Below are positions 59,908 to 64,000 of a stretch of DNA of 64,000 bases, in pieces. The translations under genes and the position numbers were made by a program. A model generated the notes under the pieces. That model did no database searches. It was given only the letters and a program-made list of their open reading frames with translations, and was not told where the DNA came from. Each line of letters starts with the position of its first letter. Within the stretch, counting starts at the first letter, position 1. The DNA is from Lama guanicoe (lineage: Eukaryota). Location of the stretch: the NCBI GenBank assembly GCA_013239625.1, contig MU055753.1, forward strand, positions 3,768,153 through 3,832,152, in the 5' to 3' direction.

Positions 59908-60344
59908 TCAGGCAGCTCTCGCAGGTGGGCTGGCCTTCAGCCCTCGCACTGCTGCCGCCAGGTCAGGGTCTGTGGCCTGGCCGGGAGCGGGAGGTATGGG
60001 GGTTGGGCAGAAGCTGAGCTCAGGCAACGCAGGAGGGCCAAGCCCAGGCAAGAGTCCAGACTGACCAGCAGACAGTGTCACATTGCAACACCCACATTTA
60101 TTTGAACTGTACAAGGTAAAACACAAAAAACCCTCAGGAAAAGAAGCAACAAACACATCACCTATGTTCAAGGTCTTGACTCACATAGTCCTGGGCCAGT
60201 CTAGGGTGGAGGGGTGCAGCCCCCCAGCCACCCTGACCCAGCATGGGGCCCGTGGCCAACCCAGCTGCCTGGCTGAGCCTTTGCCTGGGCCAGGCGCCTA
60301 GCTGCCCCACAGGGCACGCCTGACCCTGCGGTCCCTACCGCAGC

Positions 60345-62179
60345 TCAGTGGCTCATGACCTCCCACACCAATATCTCATTGTGGGCGACGGTGAAGAGCA
60401 GCTGGCTGGATGGCGCAAACCTGCAGAGCTTCACCGAGTCGTCATGGCCAGCAAAGTCCTGCACGGCCCCAGACACACAGTCCACCAGTGTCAGCACACG
60501 CTCTGTAGGCAGACAGCCCAGGGTGAGGTGGGGCAGTGCAGGTAGGGTGCCATTGGCCCTGTGTCTGTGTGGCTTCAGGACCCAGAGGTCCTCCAGCCCA
60601 CCCTGGCTCTGTCTCCAGCTGGGTGCCATGCCTCATGGGGGAACCCAGCACCCCACCCACCTCATCTCCTGACCCTATGACCCCCCAGAGCAGGTGTCCT
60701 CATTGCACTTCAGGGAGGAGAAACCCAGGGCCCAATGGTGAGAGGCATGACTCAGTGTGGAGACATGGGTGTACCCACTCAGCCCTACTCAAGACAGGCT
60801 AGAGTCCACACCCATCAGCACTCACCAGCAAAGCCAATGGCCACAAGGCGGGCCCTGGGGGACAGGCTCACAGACATAGCAAAGAAAGGCAGTGGGATCT
60901 TCTTCACCACCTGCAGGCAGCAAGCACAAGGCACTGGGGGGTTTCCCACAGCCCCGAGACCCACCCCTCCCCAGCCCTAGGTCCCTCGGGCTCCCAGCAC
61001 CACATGGAGGGGTGCACCTGCCTGCTTCTGGTAGAGGCTGTAGAAGACCACCTCAGGGTGCACGCCAAGGCCCACACACACCAGCAGTGCCTCATCCCAG
61101 GGGCAGAAGGCAGCAAGGGTGGGTGGCAGGTAGCCAGAAGCCTGCAGAGGACACAACACATTCATGTTGTAGCACGGTGGGCAGCATCCTGCCACAGGGC
61201 CACCAGGGCTCTTACCTCTGTGACGACGGGTGCAGGGAAGCTAAGCCAGTCCACGAGCTCACAGTGATTCCGCAGCCAGTCAGAGGCCCAGACGCTCACC
61301 CGCTGGTCTCCACTGGCGGCCAGCCACAGGTCCATGCCCTCTGCCCTGAAGTCTCCGTACTGGGGAGGTAAGGGTTGGTGGGTACCTCCCACTCCACTCT
61401 GCCTATCTCCTTCCCTGCCTGCATCCCCAGGACGGGCCCTGCCGGCTCATGAGGCCACTTCACCTCTTTTCTCGTGCTCTGGATGGTGCAGATCCCAGCG
61501 CCTCGGTGGTCACTCAGTACACGGAAGGTCATCCCCGTGCGAGGACGGCTCACAGCCACGAGCCCGTCCTTGTCTCCAGAAAGGATGGTCTGCCCTGGGC
61601 CAGGCAGGAGCCGTGCTGTTATTTGTGAGCCCCTGACCCTCAGCCCAAAGGTGTGATCTGGGCCGGGCAAAAGCCACGCTGTCACTGCATGAGCCCCGCC
61701 CCTCACCATCAGCAGAGAAGGCAATGGCTGTCAGTGCAGCCTGGTGGGGGTGCATCTTGAGCTCCATCGCCGTTCGGGAAACGCTGAAGACCCGTAGGGT
61801 GCCATCACTGTAGCCCGCCACCACCTGCTGCTGCTCTGGGCGTCTGCAGGACGGGGGGCTCCAAGCCAGGCAGAGGCAGCTCTGGGGACCCATGGTGGGA
61901 AGATATCAGCACTCCCCTGGGAAGGGGAGATGGGGGCCTAAGCCCAAGGCTGCAGACAGACAGCAAGGCTGGAGGAGGAACAGGCAGGGCCAGGACCTGG
62001 TCTGGGCTCCACCCTGAGCACGCACTCCCAGGCCCAGGTACCCCTGCCCTCTATACCTGGCTTAACACCTGGAACTGGATCAGCAGCTCCATGCTGGCCA
62101 AGGACCACACCCTCACGCTCCCGTCATCACTGCACGTGGCGCAATGGGACTCGCTGGGGCTGAAGACCACCTCGTTCAC
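60345..62179 (-). CDS. WDR90: WDR90 (centriolar WD40 protein), last 7 coding exons; the rest lies beyond the right edge
   Basis: Exons 62179-62057, 61881-61707, 61594-61464, 61359-61216, 61141-61022, 60910-60826, 60502-60345 join in frame. Peptides VNEVVFSPSESHCATCSDDGSVRVWS, VVAGYSDGTLRVF, QDFAGHDDSV...EILVWEV. Minus-strand AATAAA at 60097-60102. Confidence 0.92.
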
Positions 62180-62929
62180 CTGCAGGAAGCCAGTGTTTTG
62201 TTTGAGGCCACACAGCCATCAGGCAGAGAGGGGACACAGTGTGGCCAGGTTGTTCACCAGGGCATTGATCTCCCCCTCAAGTCTGCCTGGCCCCAACCCC
62301 TCCATGTGACATGAAGAAACTGTCCCAAGTGTCCCCAGATTAGACCAGAAGGGAGTCCAAATTACAAGAAGCCCACTGGTCATTGAACATGACTGTCTAC
62401 TTGCTAGGACACAGAAGGAACTGTCCTGACAGAATCTAAAACACAGTGATCCCAGAGGGCTACAGACTGAAGCAAAGGAGAGGGGCTCATCACAGCGGGA
62501 GGGGGTGGGGGGAAGGGGGCTGAGACTGTCTCGTGCGTGCACATGTGCACGGATATACGCACTGTGTCTATCAAAGGAAAATCAGGATCTTCAGTGTAAG
62601 AAAAAGAATACAGACACCAGGCACCATGGGACGAAATAAAACAGCCTAATGCTGAATTTGAATTTCAAGTGTAAGTATGAACTTATGCATTTCATCCTAA
62701 AGAATAATGATTTAGCTCTGTTTGGCTGAGAAGAGATGGGACCCTCTGGGCCTCAGACTGTGACCTCTAAGTTCAATTCCCATTGGCAAGGCCATGGGCT
62801 CTGGGACAGCCAAGTCTGGTCCTGGGTGGAGCTGCAGGGGGACAGCCTGGAGCACCTGTGGTCCACAGGAGAGGGAGGTCACCAGTGACCATCAGCTCAG
62901 GTCAAGGACTAACTAACCCCTGAGCTCAC

Positions 62930-63315
62930 CCTAGTGGGTAGATAAACACATGTCCTATCTGTACCGCAGAAGCGTATTTAGCAATAAAAAGGAGTAAAGC
63001 AGTGACACTACAACTCGGGTGGACCTTGAAAACATGATGCCCCAGTGAGAAAAGCCAGACAGGAGTGTGTGTTTCTGTCCACATGAGCCATCAGAATAGG
63101 CAAACCCACAGACACAGGGTCAGCTAGTGCCTGCCAGGGGCTGGGGTGCTAAATGGGGGTGAGTATTTAATGGGTATGGTATTTCCTTCTGGAATGGAAG
63201 TGACTGGGACAAGGGTTGTATGGTTCTGTGAACGTTTCAAAAACCACTAACTTTAAACAGGTGAGTGTGTGGCACATAAATTATACTTCAATATAAAGCT
63301 GTTACCAAAAAAAGG
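62930..63315 (+). mobile_element. Old L1M 3' fragment in a WDR90 intron
   Basis: Text agcaataaaaaggagtaaagcagtgac...gaccttgaaaacatgatgc..agtgagaaaagccagac...gaataggcaaacccacagac...gcctgccaggggctgggg...aataaagctgtt. Confidence 0.75.
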
Positions 63316-64000
63316 GAAAAGCACATAATTGTCACCACTTCAGGTGGGAGTTCCTTTGATGGTTACTTTTATGTCCAAACAAACACAGACTCTTGGGAAA
63401 GAAGTCTCTGGGGCCAACTTGAAGAACCCGCCACTGGCCGAGGTCAGGACTCCACGAGCACTAAGAGAAGTAACAGCAGGGAAGCCGGACCCACGTTCCC
63501 ACCCACCAGCCCCTAAAGACACTTGGAGAGTAATGGCTGCTGTTGGCAGATGCTGGGGACCTGGTCCACAAGGACAGACTTGTCCACCTGTGCCCCTTCC
63601 AAGCCTCAGGAAACCCATGAGCTCGCGAGGCCGCATCCCTCCTGAAGGAACGACAGCTCTGACTACTGCCCCCTAAAACCCCCGCCCTCAGACAAGGGCA
63701 TCACCAAGAGGCACGAGCCCTCCGTGCTTCCTCGTGGGATGCACAGTGTTCCCAGGAGGAGGTGATGTTGGGACTGACCAGTGTTAACCAGACCCTGGCC
63801 TGGCCTCCAGACCTCTTGGACGCCAGAGAAGCAGGTCCAACAATGGTCATGGAGACTCCAGGGCAGATGACCTGATTTTTTTCCACAAGTAAATTACAAA
63901 GGAAAAGAAGTGGCAGAAAAGAGGGAAGACTGAGAAGACCACAAGGCTCAGGGCTGTGAGTGGACACAGCATGGACCCCGTGCCCACAGGTGTGTGCAGT

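Overview
GC-rich, gene-dense mammalian genomic DNA syntenic with human 16p13.3 (identified from recognised protein sequences and gene order). Order: HAGHL (-, first coding exon), CCDC78 (+), ANTKMT/FAM173A (-), METRN (-), FBXL16 (+, coding part present twice), WDR24 (+), JMJD8 (+), STUB1 (-), an unnamed 5-exon gene (+), RHBDL1 (-), RHOT2 (-), WDR90 (-, 3' part). Exon structures were rebuilt by hand from splice sites and frame arithmetic. The species is a non-primate, non-rodent mammal, possibly a camelid or other cetartiodactyl (inference from the L1 3' end and no recognisable Alu/B1/Bov-tA/PRE1 SINEs). The main discovery is a spliced gene head-to-head with STUB1 (47443-48719) that the ORF track does not show as a unit. 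It encodes a helix-hairpin-helix, DNA-glycosylase-like protein resembling the Drosophila Amun / zebrafish zgc:112496 family, with an in-frame TAG in its last exon that removes a C-terminal NLS-like motif. The 6-kb FBXL16 tandem duplication repeats the same N-gaps and is most likely an assembly artefact. Other signals: paired REST/RE1 sites in FBXL16 intron 1, a MEF2 plus 4x RFX cluster, an E-box minisatellite, chained uORFs in FBXL16 exon 1, a CTGAC-dense WDR24 leader, a frame-switching tandem acceptor in CCDC78, and two GC-AG introns.
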